From: Escherichia coli
GTDB lineage: Bacteria; Pseudomonadota; Gammaproteobacteria; Enterobacterales; Enterobacteriaceae
Length of the DNA stretch: 64,000 nt
Direction: 5' to 3' (one strand)
NCBI RefSeq assembly: GCF_036507355.1
Contig: NZ_AP027877.1
The notes under the pieces are model-generated. The model made no database searches and was not told the origin of the DNA. It worked only from the letters and a program-made list of their open reading frames with translations. The translations under genes were made by a program, and so were the position numbers. Shown piece by piece: positions 12,294 through 22,565 of the stretch. Numbering within the stretch: position 1 is the stretch's first letter; every line of letters begins with the position of its first letter.

Positions 12294-13433
12294 TTAGTAC
12301 AGAGAGTGGGTGTTACGTTCAATATCTTCTTTGGTGATACGACCGAACATTTTCCAGTAACACCAGGCGGTGTAGAGCAGAATGATCGGTACCAGAACCA
12401 CCGCAACCCAGGTCATGACGTTAAGCGTCAGCTGGCTGGAAGTTGCATCCCACATTGTCAGACTTGCGTTCATCATGGTGCTGGACGGCATCACAAACGG
12501 GAACATTGCGATACCGGCTGTCAGGATGATGCAGGCCAGCGTCAGGGAGGAGAACACAAACGCCCACGCGGCTTTATCCATACGTGCAGTCAGGATGGTC
12601 AGCAGCGGCAGAACCACACCCAGTGCCGGAATAGCCCACAGAATTGGCGTGTTGTTGAAGTTAACCAGCCATGCGCCAGCTTCACGAACCACTTCTTTAT
12701 TCAGTGGGTTAGAGGCTGCGTAATGGTCCATTGTCGATTTCACGACATAACCATCGATACCGTACATCACCCATACGCCAGCCAGTGCGAAGCAGACCAG
12801 TGTCACCAGTGCCGCCACCTGAGCCGTTGCACGGGTACGCAGGTGCAGTTCGCCCACGGTACGCATTTGCAGATAGGTTGCGCCCTGAGTAATGATCATC
12901 CCTACGCTCACCACGCCAGCCAGCAGGCCGAACGGGTTAAGCAGCTGGAAGAAGTTACCGGTGTAGTACAGACGCAGATATTCATCAACGTTGAACGGTA
13001 CGCCCTGCAACAGGTTACCGAACGCTACACCAATCACCAGCGGCGGAACGAAGCTACCAATGAAGATGCCCCAGTCCCACATGTTACGCCAGCGGGTTTC
13101 TTCAATCTTGGAGCGGTAGTCAAAACCGACCGGACGGAAGAACAAAGACGCCAGCACGAGGATCATCGCCACATAGAAGCCGGAGAACGCAGCGGCATAG
13201 ACCATCGGCCAGGCAGCAAAGAGTGCGCCGCCCGCGGTGATCAGCCAAACCTGGTTACCGTCCCAGTGTGGAGCAATGGAGTTAATCATAATTCGACGCT
13301 CGGTGTCGTTACGACCGAGGAAACGGGTGAGCATGCCCACCCCCATGTCGAAACCGTCAGTGACTGCAAAACCAATCAGCAGAACGCCAACCAGCAGCCA
13401 CCAGATAAAACGCAATACTTCATAATCGATCAT
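12294..13433 (-). CDS. cydB: cytochrome bd-I ubiquinol oxidase subunit II
   Basis: 379-aa ORF matching CydB. Confidence 0.95.
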   Translation of the reverse strand: MIDYEVLRFIWWLLVGVLLIGFAVTDGFDMGVGMLTRFLGRNDTERRIMINSIAPHWDGNQVWLITAGGALFAAWPMVYAAAFSGFYVAMILVLASLFFRPVGFDYRSKIEETRWRNMWDWGIFIGSFVPPLVIGVAFGNLLQGVPFNVDEYLRLYYTGNFFQLLNPFGLLAGVVSVGMIITQGATYLQMRTVGELHLRTRATAQVAALVTLVCFALAGVWVMYGIDGYVVKSTMDHYAASNPLNKEVVREAGAWLVNFNNTPILWAIPALGVVLPLLTILTARMDKAAWAFVFSSLTLACIILTAGIAMFPFVMPSSTMMNASLTMWDATSSQLTLNVMTWVAVVLVPIILLYTAWCYWKMFGRITKEDIERNTHSLY

Positions 13434-13448
13434 TTGACGACTCCTGTC

Positions 13449-15017
13449 TTAGCGTGCCGGCTGAGTAGTCGTGGAAGACTGCTCAAAGTGATAGCGACCG
13501 GTTTTCAGGCTGCTTGGGCCGAGGCGTGCAAACTTGAACATTAAGAACAATTCTGCCACCAGGAACAGGGTATACAGGCCGCAAATCAGCACCATTGAGA
13601 AGATGAGATCGCCTGCGGTCAGTGACGAGTTCGCCACAGCTGTCGGCAGCACTTCACCGATAGCCCACGGTTGGCGGCCATATTCAGCCACGAACCAGCC
13701 CGCTTCTACAGCAATCCACGGCAGCGGAATACCGTACAGCGCGGCGCGCAGCAGCCATTTTTTCTCGCCAATGCGGTTGCGGATAACACTCCAGAAAGAG
13801 AGCGCGATGATTGCCAGCAGCAGGAAGCCACACGCCACCATGATACGGAACGCGAAGTACAGCGGCGCTACACGCGGAATGGAGTCTTTGGTTGCCTGTT
13901 GAATCTGAGCTTCAGTCGCATCAGCCACGTTTGGCGTATAGCGTTTCAGCAGCAGACCATAACCGAGGTCTTTCTTCATGCTATTGAACTGGTCACGAAC
14001 CGCCTGGTCGGTAGAACCAGAACGCAGCTGTTCGAGCAGAGAGTACGCCTTCATCCCGTTACGAATGCGTTCTTCATGCTGCACCATCAGTTCTTTCAGG
14101 CCGATAACTGGAGTATCCACGGAACGCGTTGCAATGATGCCCAGCGCGTAAGGGATCTGGATCGCAAATTTGTTCGTCTCCTCTTCCTGATCAGGAATGC
14201 CGAACAGAGTAAAGGCAGCAGGCGCAGGTTGCGTTTCCCACTCGGCTTCAATAGCAGCCAGTTTGGTTTTCTGCACGTCGCCCATTTCGTAGCCGGATTC
14301 ATCACCCAGAACAATAACAGACAGAACGGCAGCCATACCGAAGCTGGCAGCGATAGCAAAGGAGCGTTTAGCGAAGGCGAAGTCACGACCTTTCAGCATA
14401 TACCATGCGCTGATACCGAGGATGAACATCGCGCCAGTCACATAACCAGACGCTACAGTGTGAACGAATTTCACCTGAGCAACCGGGTTAAGCACCAGCT
14501 CGGAGAAGCTCACCATCTCCATACGCATAGTTTCAAAGTTGAAATCGGACGCGATTGGGTTTTGCATCCAGCCGTTCGCAACCAGAATCCACAGTGCGGA
14601 CAGGTTTGAACCGAGCGCCACCAGCCAGGTGACACACATATGCTGAACTTTACCCAGACGATCCCAACCGAAGAAGAACAGACCTACAAAGGTGGATTCG
14701 AGGAAGAAGGCCATCAGACCTTCGATTGCCAGCGGCGCACCGAAGATATCCCCTACATAGTGGGAATAGTAAGACCAGTTAGTCCCGAACTGGAACTCCA
14801 TGGTCAGACCGGTAGCCACACCCAGAGCGAAGTTGATACCAAACAACTTGCCCCAGAACTTGGTCATATCTTTATAAATCTGTTTGCCGGAAAGGACGTA
14901 GACCGTTTCCATAATGGCCAGCAGGAACGCCATACCGAGCGTCAGTGGCACAAAAAGGAAGTGGTACATCGCGGTCAAGGCAAACTGTAAGCGCGACAGT
15001 TCGACTATATCTAACAT
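13449..15017 (-). CDS. cydA: cytochrome bd-I ubiquinol oxidase subunit I
   Basis: [41 protein letters not shown]... matches CydA; start at the second Met gives 522 aa. Confidence 0.95.
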
Positions 15018-15823
15018 CATGACTCCTTGCTCATCGCATGAAGACTCCGAGAGTGAACCCCGTTAGAAAGGGTCACACGCATGCCCCAATACAAAATTAT
15101 TTGCTCGCCTCTATCGTTGCCATTTCATCAAAAGAGGAAAAGACAATGATAAAAAAAGTTACAAATATGTTAATGAATAAACCAAATTGATCCCGTAATT
15201 ATATTACGCCGCAAAATCCTTACAATAAACAGGTTTTTATTGAGCAAATTTGCATTTTTCGACAGTGATCAATTTATAGCGAAATTGTCACGATCTCACC
15301 AATTTGATCTACGACAATTTATCGTGTTTTGCAGAATTTTTTCAAGAATTAAAAATTGATTTATATCAAAACCAATCAAATATGTTAATTATGTATAAAC
15401 CATAGATCATTGGTGATTTTATTGTTAATTTATTGTGAAATATTTATGCAACACAATTATTACAATGAAAAGGTATAGATAAAAAACCAGTATTTTATTT
15501 AACAGAACCGCCTTATCCACTTTTTATAATACCAATTGATTAGAGTAGCCAATTTGTTGCTATTTTACATAACATATTTTTATCAAAGTTAATTGATTGT
15601 TACCTTTATGAGCACCGACCGTAAGCCCGTTATGTTATTGTTTCATTAGTAATAATCACTTAAATGTATCGATGAAACAGGTATGACTTACCGGGAGTGA
15701 TTGTTTCTGAGTGAACAGAGGCCACTTTCGCCTGATAAATGAAAAATGAGCGATTTTTGCAAGTTAGTTTTTCTATAGCCGAGTACGCTCAGCGCCTCGC
15801 TTGATTACAATGAGGTTGCTGCT

Positions 15824-16768
15824 ATGAGTCCTGATAATATCGGTTCGGCTGTCAATCGCTTCTCAGGTTGGCCATCTAATGATTCTCTAAAAACAGATAA
15901 AGAATCAATGACATCACCCGTGACTGTGCAGGTAATAAAGATGATTGCCGCCATCCTTGACCCACATCGGATAGTCGTTGGAATCGATACACTTTATACA
16001 ACGCAGCGCGAAACATTTACCTCAGAGAGTCAACAGCTCATTGAATCAGCATTGCAAACACTTCATGTGATGAATTTAAATAATCTGGAAACAAATCGCG
16101 ATGAAGAAGGTCACTATCTGGCTTTTGAATATAACGTTGACACCTCTGACAGAATAACCGTTTCTGCTTATAATGAAAAAAAGCCTGGCTGCTATGGCCA
16201 ATGTCTTGTAATACAGGATGACGAAACAGACTTATTTAACCTGATAAAAATTAAAATTTTCGAAGCCAGGCATAATTATGTCGCTCAATTGATGAGCGAT
16301 CCGGAATTTATGTTCAAATTCAGTTATAGCGCTCAACAAAATAGATTAGAACCTCATCTTCTGGTTCCCGCTTATTTCCCTCTAAAAACAAACGAACCGG
16401 TTACGCAAGAGGATGTACTGTTACTTTATCGTTTCTTTAAAATGAATGATGATTTTAATAAATTAACATCAGATGAATACATGAGTATCCTGACACCTCT
16501 GATGAAGTGTGAGCGTAGCGTCCACGACAACAACAGGTATGTGACGGGCAAAGATACCCTTCTTCTGGACTATCCTCCTTCTGGTAACCAGATACATTTC
16601 CATGTTTTCCCTGACGAATCAGCAACACTAGTCCTTTATTTTTCAAACAATGACCTTGAATGTTTCGTCTTTGAAAGAGATATTCCTAGCCAGTATCGCT
16701 TTTTCAAAATGTTTACCAATCTGGCACTGGTTATAGATCAGTTAACCGAAGCCAATAAAATACTTTAA
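15824..16768 (+). CDS. hypothetical protein (314 aa), AT-rich island ORF of unknown function
   Basis: long ORF in AT-rich DNA at the edge of the island; no family recognised by eye; not part of the K-12 backbone as I recall it. Confidence 0.55.
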   Translation: MSPDNIGSAVNRFSGWPSNDSLKTDKESMTSPVTVQVIKMIAAILDPHRIVVGIDTLYTTQRETFTSESQQLIESALQTLHVMNLNNLETNRDEEGHYLAFEYNVDTSDRITVSAYNEKKPGCYGQCLVIQDDETDLFNLIKIKIFEARHNYVAQLMSDPEFMFKFSYSAQQNRLEPHLLVPAYFPLKTNEPVTQEDVLLLYRFFKMNDDFNKLTSDEYMSILTPLMKCERSVHDNNRYVTGKDTLLLDYPPSGNQIHFHVFPDESATLVLYFSNNDLECFVFERDIPSQYRFFKMFTNLALVIDQLTEANKIL

Positions 16769-16848
16769 TTTTCTATATATCCCTATGGCTAATATTGCTA
16801 AACAATGCCTGGGGATTAATTTTTATTACTCACGGAAAGATTTAAATA

Positions 16849-17271
16849 ATGATACCATCTCAGATCTCTTTCAATACCCTTCCAGTCAATGCAACATACG
16901 CTTCAGAGACAACAGTTGACACACAAAAATTCTCTGACATCCTCTACTCAGCGGGGTGTTCCCTAAAGGATATGGCTTATCTGAGCAGATGTCTGGCATC
17001 AATACACCCGACTATCGCCAAAAACATTTATGAAACAGAAAATCTCAGCGATCAAAAATTACTGCATATTGATTGCCGTAGTACAAATGAAATCAAGATA
17101 AATATCTTTTTTGGTCAGCAAAGAGAAGGGTTAATTGAAATTAGTTCTGACACAGTTATTTTTTCGATACTGTCTTCATTGATTGACTCCGCCATTTCTA
17201 AATTTCAACACCAAAACCCGGTTAACGGTTTAGTTAATCCTGAAATATTGTATGAGGATTATACTGATTAA
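16849..17271 (+). CDS. hypothetical protein (140 aa), small acidic protein of unknown function
   Basis: co-oriented 80 bp downstream of the 314-aa ORF, same AT-rich composition. Confidence 0.5.
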   Translation: MIPSQISFNTLPVNATYASETTVDTQKFSDILYSAGCSLKDMAYLSRCLASIHPTIAKNIYETENLSDQKLLHIDCRSTNEIKINIFFGQQREGLIEISSDTVIFSILSSLIDSAISKFQHQNPVNGLVNPEILYEDYTD

Positions 17272-17818
17272 ATCCACCCTGTCGCGAAAAATGGCCTGCG
17301 TTATTGCCAGACGTAATAAAACCTTTGATTAACGTTACTCATACTGGTAGCACCTTCATGTACCTCTCTTTTTTACGAAAAATCAAAAGAGCTAACTAAG
17401 GTCATAATTCGCATGAATCATTAACCATTTGTTATTTTCAACATTATTTTTACATTAAGCAGAGATGAATTGCAGTGAAATTCGACTTAAATCTTATGAA
17501 ATGCATTTACTCATGGCTAAAACCACGTCACAAAAATGCAAATTAGAAGTAGATCACAATTATCTCAATACATTAAATCAAGTTAATTTTAAAAATTTAA
17601 CATTCATGACATTAGTTGACATAACACACTGAATTAACATGGAAATTTAAAAACACACTTTAAACAATCATTTCCCGAAAGACATTTTGAAAATAGATCA
17701 ATTGCAACATTACGGTCAGATAAAGACACTCCTGTGATATTAAACCTGTGCCGTTATGAACGGCCATAAATACGACGTGTGTAACTTATTTTACTCTCTG
17801 TCTTACAAAGGATTACCC

Positions 17819-18268
17819 ATGAAGAAAGCAACACTTGTGATTGGCGTTATTGGCGCGGACTGCCATGCAGTAGGCAATAAAGTTCTGGACCGCGTTTTTA
17901 GCAACCACGACTTCAGAGTCATTAATCTGGGCGTAATGGTCAGCCAGGACGAATATATTGATGCTGCCATTGAAACTGGCGCTGACGCGATTGTCGTCTC
18001 CTCTATCTATGGGCATGGCGATATCGACTGTCTGGGCATGCGCGAACGCTGCATCGAGCGTGGACTGGGGGACATCCTGCTCTATGTGGGCGGTAACCTG
18101 GTGGTCGGAAAACATGACTTCGCTGACGTGGAAACCAAATTCAAAGAGATGGGATTTGATCGCGTCTTTGCCCCAAGTCATGACTTAGAAGATGTTTGTC
18201 AGCTGATGGCCCACGATATCAACCAACGTCATGACATTGATACTCGTATTCTTGAAGAGGCTATCTGA
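17819..18268 (+). CDS. glmS: glutamate mutase sigma (S) subunit, B12-binding (methylaspartate mutase small subunit)
   Basis: [24 protein letters not shown]... contains the DxHxxG cobalamin-binding motif and resembles Clostridium GlmS/MutS; start set at the Met preceded by aaaggatt. Confidence 0.88.
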   Translation: MKKATLVIGVIGADCHAVGNKVLDRVFSNHDFRVINLGVMVSQDEYIDAAIETGADAIVVSSIYGHGDIDCLGMRERCIERGLGDILLYVGGNLVVGKHDFADVETKFKEMGFDRVFAPSHDLEDVCQLMAHDINQRHDIDTRILEEAI

Positions 18269-19656
18269 TGCAAATCGTCTCTGTCGATATTGGATCGACG
18301 TGGACCAAAGCAGCCCTCTTCACCCGGGAGGGGGACGCGTTAACGTTGGTTAACCACGTACTGACCCCAACCACCACCCATCATCTGGCGAAGGGGTTTT
18401 TCTCCAGCCTGAACCAAGTGTTAAACGTAGATAATGCCCTCCCCCTGTTAAACAGCGGTGAGGTTGCATTGAAGTATTCCTCCTCTGCCAAAGGTGGGCT
18501 GGCGGTTGCCGCAATGGGATTGGTGCCTTCTATCACCCTGGAAACCGCGAAAGTAACCGCTCACTCTGCGGGTGCTAAAATTGCGCAATATTACGCCTAC
18601 AAGCTGAACCGCCGTGATATCCAGGCACTGGAAGAAACGCAGCCCGATATTCTCTTGTTCACCGGCGGCACCGACGGCGGAGAAGAAAGCTACGGACTGA
18701 ATAACGCCCGTGTGCTGGCAGAATCCAAACTCGACTGCGCCATTATTTATGCCGGAAACCGGGATATTCAGGACGAGGTGCAGGAGCTCCTCGGGCATAA
18801 AGACCTGACCATCGTCGACAATGTTCTGCCCGATCTTGACCATCCGAACCCTTTAGCCGCACGCCAGGCTATTTGCGACATATTCCTTAAACGCATCGTT
18901 AAAGGGAAAGGGCTGGATGTCATTGTTGATAAAACAGGCGAAGAACCAATGCCGACACCATGGACGGTCTTTGAACTGGTCAAGGCAATCAGTAACGTCG
19001 ATCACAGCTGGAAAGAGTTCATGCTGATCGACATGGGCGGCGCAACCACCGATGTTTATTCCGTCTGTGCCAACACGCTCTCGCCCGACACCGTTTTACA
19101 CGGCGTACCGGAACCCTTCGTAAAACGGACGGTGGAAGGCGATCTGGGAATGCGCGTCTCGGCAGTGGTGGTTGGTGAAAGTGCGAAAGAGTTAGTCAAT
19201 GTGAATTTTGCTCAGCAACCCGCACAGCTGGACGCTTTTTATCATTACCTCCGTCATCTAGTCGCTCATCCCGACTACTTACCCGCAAATGCAGAAGAGA
19301 AATATTTCGATACCGTCCTGGCCGGACTGTGTGTGGGTTATGCCACCGAAAGACATGCGGGCACCAAAAAAGAGGTCTGCACCTGCGTCGGCAATGTCGA
19401 TTTACAGATGGGACGTGACCTGACAACCGTGCGTAAAGTCGTCGGATCCGGCGGATGGCTCTCGCGTGCCAGTCAGTTCGATATGCATCACTGGTTGAAA
19501 TACCGCGAGTTAAACGACGACGGTAAACGCATTCTCTTACCGACCGAATTTGAATATTACCGCGATTCCCGGGGGCTATTACCACTGCTGGCAAACGTCG
19601 CCAGAGTCGATCCGCTGGCCGCCGCGCGCACCAGTATTCAATGCTTAACCCTATAA
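18268..19656 (+). CDS. glmL: glutamate mutase accessory protein GlmL/MutL (actin-fold ATPase)
   Basis: 462-aa ORF between the S and E subunit genes as in clostridial mutS-mutL-mutE operons. Confidence 0.8.
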   Translation: MQIVSVDIGSTWTKAALFTREGDALTLVNHVLTPTTTHHLAKGFFSSLNQVLNVDNALPLLNSGEVALKYSSSAKGGLAVAAMGLVPSITLETAKVTAHSAGAKIAQYYAYKLNRRDIQALEETQPDILLFTGGTDGGEESYGLNNARVLAESKLDCAIIYAGNRDIQDEVQELLGHKDLTIVDNVLPDLDHPNPLAARQAICDIFLKRIVKGKGLDVIVDKTGEEPMPTPWTVFELVKAISNVDHSWKEFMLIDMGGATTDVYSVCANTLSPDTVLHGVPEPFVKRTVEGDLGMRVSAVVVGESAKELVNVNFAQQPAQLDAFYHYLRHLVAHPDYLPANAEEKYFDTVLAGLCVGYATERHAGTKKEVCTCVGNVDLQMGRDLTTVRKVVGSGGWLSRASQFDMHHWLKYRELNDDGKRILLPTEFEYYRDSRGLLPLLANVARVDPLAAARTSIQCLTL

Positions 19657-19674
19657 CAATTAAGGCTGCAATCA

Positions 19675-21120
19675 ATGGAACTTCGAAATAAGAAATTAAC
19701 CCATGACGAATTCATGACCGAGCGGCAACAGGTACTGAAAACCTGGGAAACCGGCAAGGATGTTGAAAACTTTGAAGATGGCGTTAAATACCAACAAACC
19801 ATCCCTGAGCATAAACGCTTCTCTCTTGCGCTGCTGAAAGCAGACAAGGAAGGTAAAACCCTTAGCCAACCGCGCGCAGGTGTGGCGCTGATGGACGAAC
19901 ACATCGAACTGCTGAAAACACTACAAGAAGAGTGCGATCTGCTGCCAAGCACCATCGATGCATATACCCGTCTGAATCGGTACGAAGAAGCGGCTGTAGG
20001 GATTAAAAAATCCATCGAAGCCGGAACCTCTAAACTGAACGGTTTACCGGTAGTTAACCATGGTGTCGCAGCTTGCCGTCGCCTCACCGAAACCCTGCAA
20101 AAACCGCTACAGATCCGCCACGGCACGCCAGATGCGCGTCTGCTGGCTGAAATCTCAATGGCCAGCGGCTTTACCAGTTATGAAGGCGGTGGCATTTCCT
20201 ACAACATTCCGTATGCCAAACGCGTAACGCTGGAAAAATCGATCCGCGACTGGCAGTACTGCGACCGTTTAATGGGGATGTATGAAGAACACGGGATCCG
20301 CATCAACCGCGAACCGTTTGGCCCACTAACGGGTACGCTGATCCCGCCGTTTATCTCGCATTCTATCGCGATAATCGAAGGCTTGCTGGCACTGGAACAG
20401 GGTGTGAAATCTATCACCGTTGGTTATGGCCAGGTCGGCAGCCTGACGCAGGATGTTGCGGCGATCCAGTCTCTGCGTGAACTTGCACACGAATATTTTC
20501 AGAGCTATGGCTATACCGACTATGAATTGAGTACCGTGTTTCACCAGTGGATGGGCGGCTTTCCGGAAGACGAATCGAAAGCGTTCGCTATTATCTCCTG
20601 GGGTGCAGCCGTCGCGGGGATGTCTGGTGCCACCAAAGTCATCACCAAAAGTCCGCACGAAGCCTGGGGTATCCCGACTGCCGCTGCCAACATTCAGGGG
20701 CTGAAAGCCTCCCGCCAGATGCTCAACATGGTCAATGAGCAGAAATTCCCGCCGTGCCCTGCGGTTGAACTGGAAATTGAACTGATTAAGAGCGAGGTTC
20801 GCGCTGTACTGAATAAAGTGTTCGAACTGGGTAATGGTGATATTGCGCGCGGTACGGTGCTGGCATTTGAAGCGGGCGTACTGGATGTGCCATTTGCGCC
20901 AGCCGCCTGCAACGCGGGCAATATTCTTCCGGTCCGTGACAACACCGGCGCGATACGCGTACTGGAAGCCGGAGCCGTTCCATTGCCAAAAGATATTCTC
21001 GATCTCCACCACGATTACGTTGCGGAACGCGCACGCTTTGAAGGACGCCAACCGACATTCCAGATGGTTGTAGATGACATCAATGCTGTATCCCACAGTA
21101 AATTAATAGGAAGACCATAA
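19675..21120 (+). CDS. glmE: glutamate mutase epsilon (E) catalytic subunit
   Basis: 481-aa ORF MELRNKKLTHDEFMTERQQVL... with extended similarity to clostridial GlmE (QPRAGVALMDEHIELL, PSTIDAYTR, GGGISYNIPYAK, REPFGPLTGTL, FQMVVDD). Confidence 0.9.
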   Translation: MELRNKKLTHDEFMTERQQVLKTWETGKDVENFEDGVKYQQTIPEHKRFSLALLKADKEGKTLSQPRAGVALMDEHIELLKTLQEECDLLPSTIDAYTRLNRYEEAAVGIKKSIEAGTSKLNGLPVVNHGVAACRRLTETLQKPLQIRHGTPDARLLAEISMASGFTSYEGGGISYNIPYAKRVTLEKSIRDWQYCDRLMGMYEEHGIRINREPFGPLTGTLIPPFISHSIAIIEGLLALEQGVKSITVGYGQVGSLTQDVAAIQSLRELAHEYFQSYGYTDYELSTVFHQWMGGFPEDESKAFAIISWGAAVAGMSGATKVITKSPHEAWGIPTAAANIQGLKASRQMLNMVNEQKFPPCPAVELEIELIKSEVRAVLNKVFELGNGDIARGTVLAFEAGVLDVPFAPAACNAGNILPVRDNTGAIRVLEAGAVPLPKDILDLHHDYVAERARFEGRQPTFQMVVDDINAVSHSKLIGRP

Positions 21121-22361
21121 TGAAAATAAAACAGGCTCTGTTCACCGCTGGCTACTCCTCATTCTATTTCGATGACCAGCAGGCGATAAAAAACGGAGCG
21201 GGTCATGACGGCTTTTTTTATACCGGGGAGCCGGTAACACAGGGGTTTAACGCCGTTCGTCAGGCCGGGGAGTGCGTATCGGTACAGTTGATTCTGGAAA
21301 ACGGCGCGGTCGCTGTAGGTGACTGTGCTGCCGTACAGTATTCCGGGGCAGGTGGTCGCGACCCACTGTTCCTCGCAGAGCTCTTTATTCCGTTCCTCAA
21401 CGACCATATCAAGCCATTACTGGTAGGCCGCGATGTGGATGCTTTCCTGCCGAATGCCCGTTTCTTCGACAAATTGCGTATTGACGGCAACTTGCTGCAT
21501 ACCGCCGTGCGCTACGGATTATCACAGGCGCTGCTTGATGCTACCGCGCTGGCAACCGGCCGTCTGAAAACTGAAGTGGTCTGTGATGAATGGCAGTTGC
21601 CACGCGTGGCGGAATCCATTCCATTATTTGGTCAGAGCGGCGACGATCGATATATCGCCGTCGATAAGATGATCCTTAAGGGCATCGACGTGCTGCCCCA
21701 TGCGCTGATTAATAACGTCGAAGAGAAGCTGGGCTTTAAAGGTGAAAAACTGCGCGAATATGTCCGCTGGTTGTCGGATCGCATTCTAAGCAAGCGCACC
21801 AGCGCACGCTACCACCCAACCTTGCACATCGATGTATACGGCACTATCGGTCTGATCTTCGATATGGATCCGCTTCGCTGTGCGCAATACATCGCCAGCC
21901 TGGAAAAAGAAGCGCAAGGCCTGCCGCTCTACATTGAAGGGCCGGTCGATGCCGGTAACAAGCCCGATCAAATTCGCCTGCTGACCGCGATTACCAAAGA
22001 GCTGACGCGCCTCGGTTCCGGCGTGAAAATTGTGGCCGATGAATGGTGTAACACCTACCAGGATGTTGTTGATTTCACTGATGCCGCCAGTTGTCACATG
22101 GTGCAAATCAAAACCCCGGATCTGGGCAGTATTCACAACATCGTCGATGCGGTTCTTTACTGCAACAGCCACAGCATGGAAGCGTACCAGGGCGGCACCT
22201 GCAATGAAACTGATGTCAGTGCCCGCACCTGTGTCCACGTCGCCCTTGCCGCTCGCCCTATGCGTATGCTGGTAAAGCCAGGGATGGGCTTTGACGAAGG
22301 CCTCGATATCGTCTTCAACGAAATGAATCGTACTATCGCGCTGTTGCAGGCTAAGGATTAA
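21120..22361 (+). CDS. mal: 3-methylaspartate ammonia-lyase
   Basis: 413-aa ORF; motifs GDCAAVQYSGAGGRDPLF, PHALINNVEEKLG, HMVQIKTPDLG match clostridial methylaspartase (enolase superfamily). Confidence 0.9.
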   Translation: MKIKQALFTAGYSSFYFDDQQAIKNGAGHDGFFYTGEPVTQGFNAVRQAGECVSVQLILENGAVAVGDCAAVQYSGAGGRDPLFLAELFIPFLNDHIKPLLVGRDVDAFLPNARFFDKLRIDGNLLHTAVRYGLSQALLDATALATGRLKTEVVCDEWQLPRVAESIPLFGQSGDDRYIAVDKMILKGIDVLPHALINNVEEKLGFKGEKLREYVRWLSDRILSKRTSARYHPTLHIDVYGTIGLIFDMDPLRCAQYIASLEKEAQGLPLYIEGPVDAGNKPDQIRLLTAITKELTRLGSGVKIVADEWCNTYQDVVDFTDAASCHMVQIKTPDLGSIHNIVDAVLYCNSHSMEAYQGGTCNETDVSARTCVHVALAARPMRMLVKPGMGFDEGLDIVFNEMNRTIALLQAKD

Positions 22362-22364
22362 CAA

Positions 22365-22565
22365 ATGGCTCGTTCTTTTAAAGTCTTATCGCCAACAGCA
22401 ATCCTCGGGTATGGATTCCCGGAAGAGAGCTTCCGCAAAGCGATGGCAGAATCACCCGATCTGATCGCCGTTGATGCAGGCTCTTCCGATCCAGGCCCCC
22501 ACTACCTCGGGCAGGCAAACCGTTTACCGATCGCGCAGGGGTCAAGCGCGATCTGCGCTATATGA
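22365..22565 (+). CDS. N-terminal segment of a DUF1446 (AtuA-like) protein, separated from the main ORF by a frame change
   Basis: 66-aa ORF ending in ATGA overlap with the next ORF; the next ORF's frame is open upstream to 22475, so the two likely form one gene. Confidence 0.45.
   Translation: MARSFKVLSPTAILGYGFPEESFRKAMAESPDLIAVDAGSSDPGPHYLGQANRLPIAQGSSAICAI

Noticed and set aside
12264-13544. 426-aa plus-strand ORF rich in His/Cys/Gln overlapping cydB
   Set aside because: Antisense to cydB, which is strongly supported; low-complexity composition.
15021-15823. Extremely AT-rich 800-bp interval upstream of cydA scanned for small genes or arrays
   Set aside because: No repeats or convincing ORFs found; consistent with the long multi-promoter cydA regulatory region and the island's left boundary. 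Individual binding sites could not be placed with confidence.
17272-17818. Possible cobalamin riboswitch or leader upstream of glmS
   Set aside because: Only a short 6-bp inverted repeat (gccgtt/aacggc) was seen and no recognisable B12-box; B12 riboswitches normally control uptake and biosynthesis genes rather than B12-dependent enzymes.
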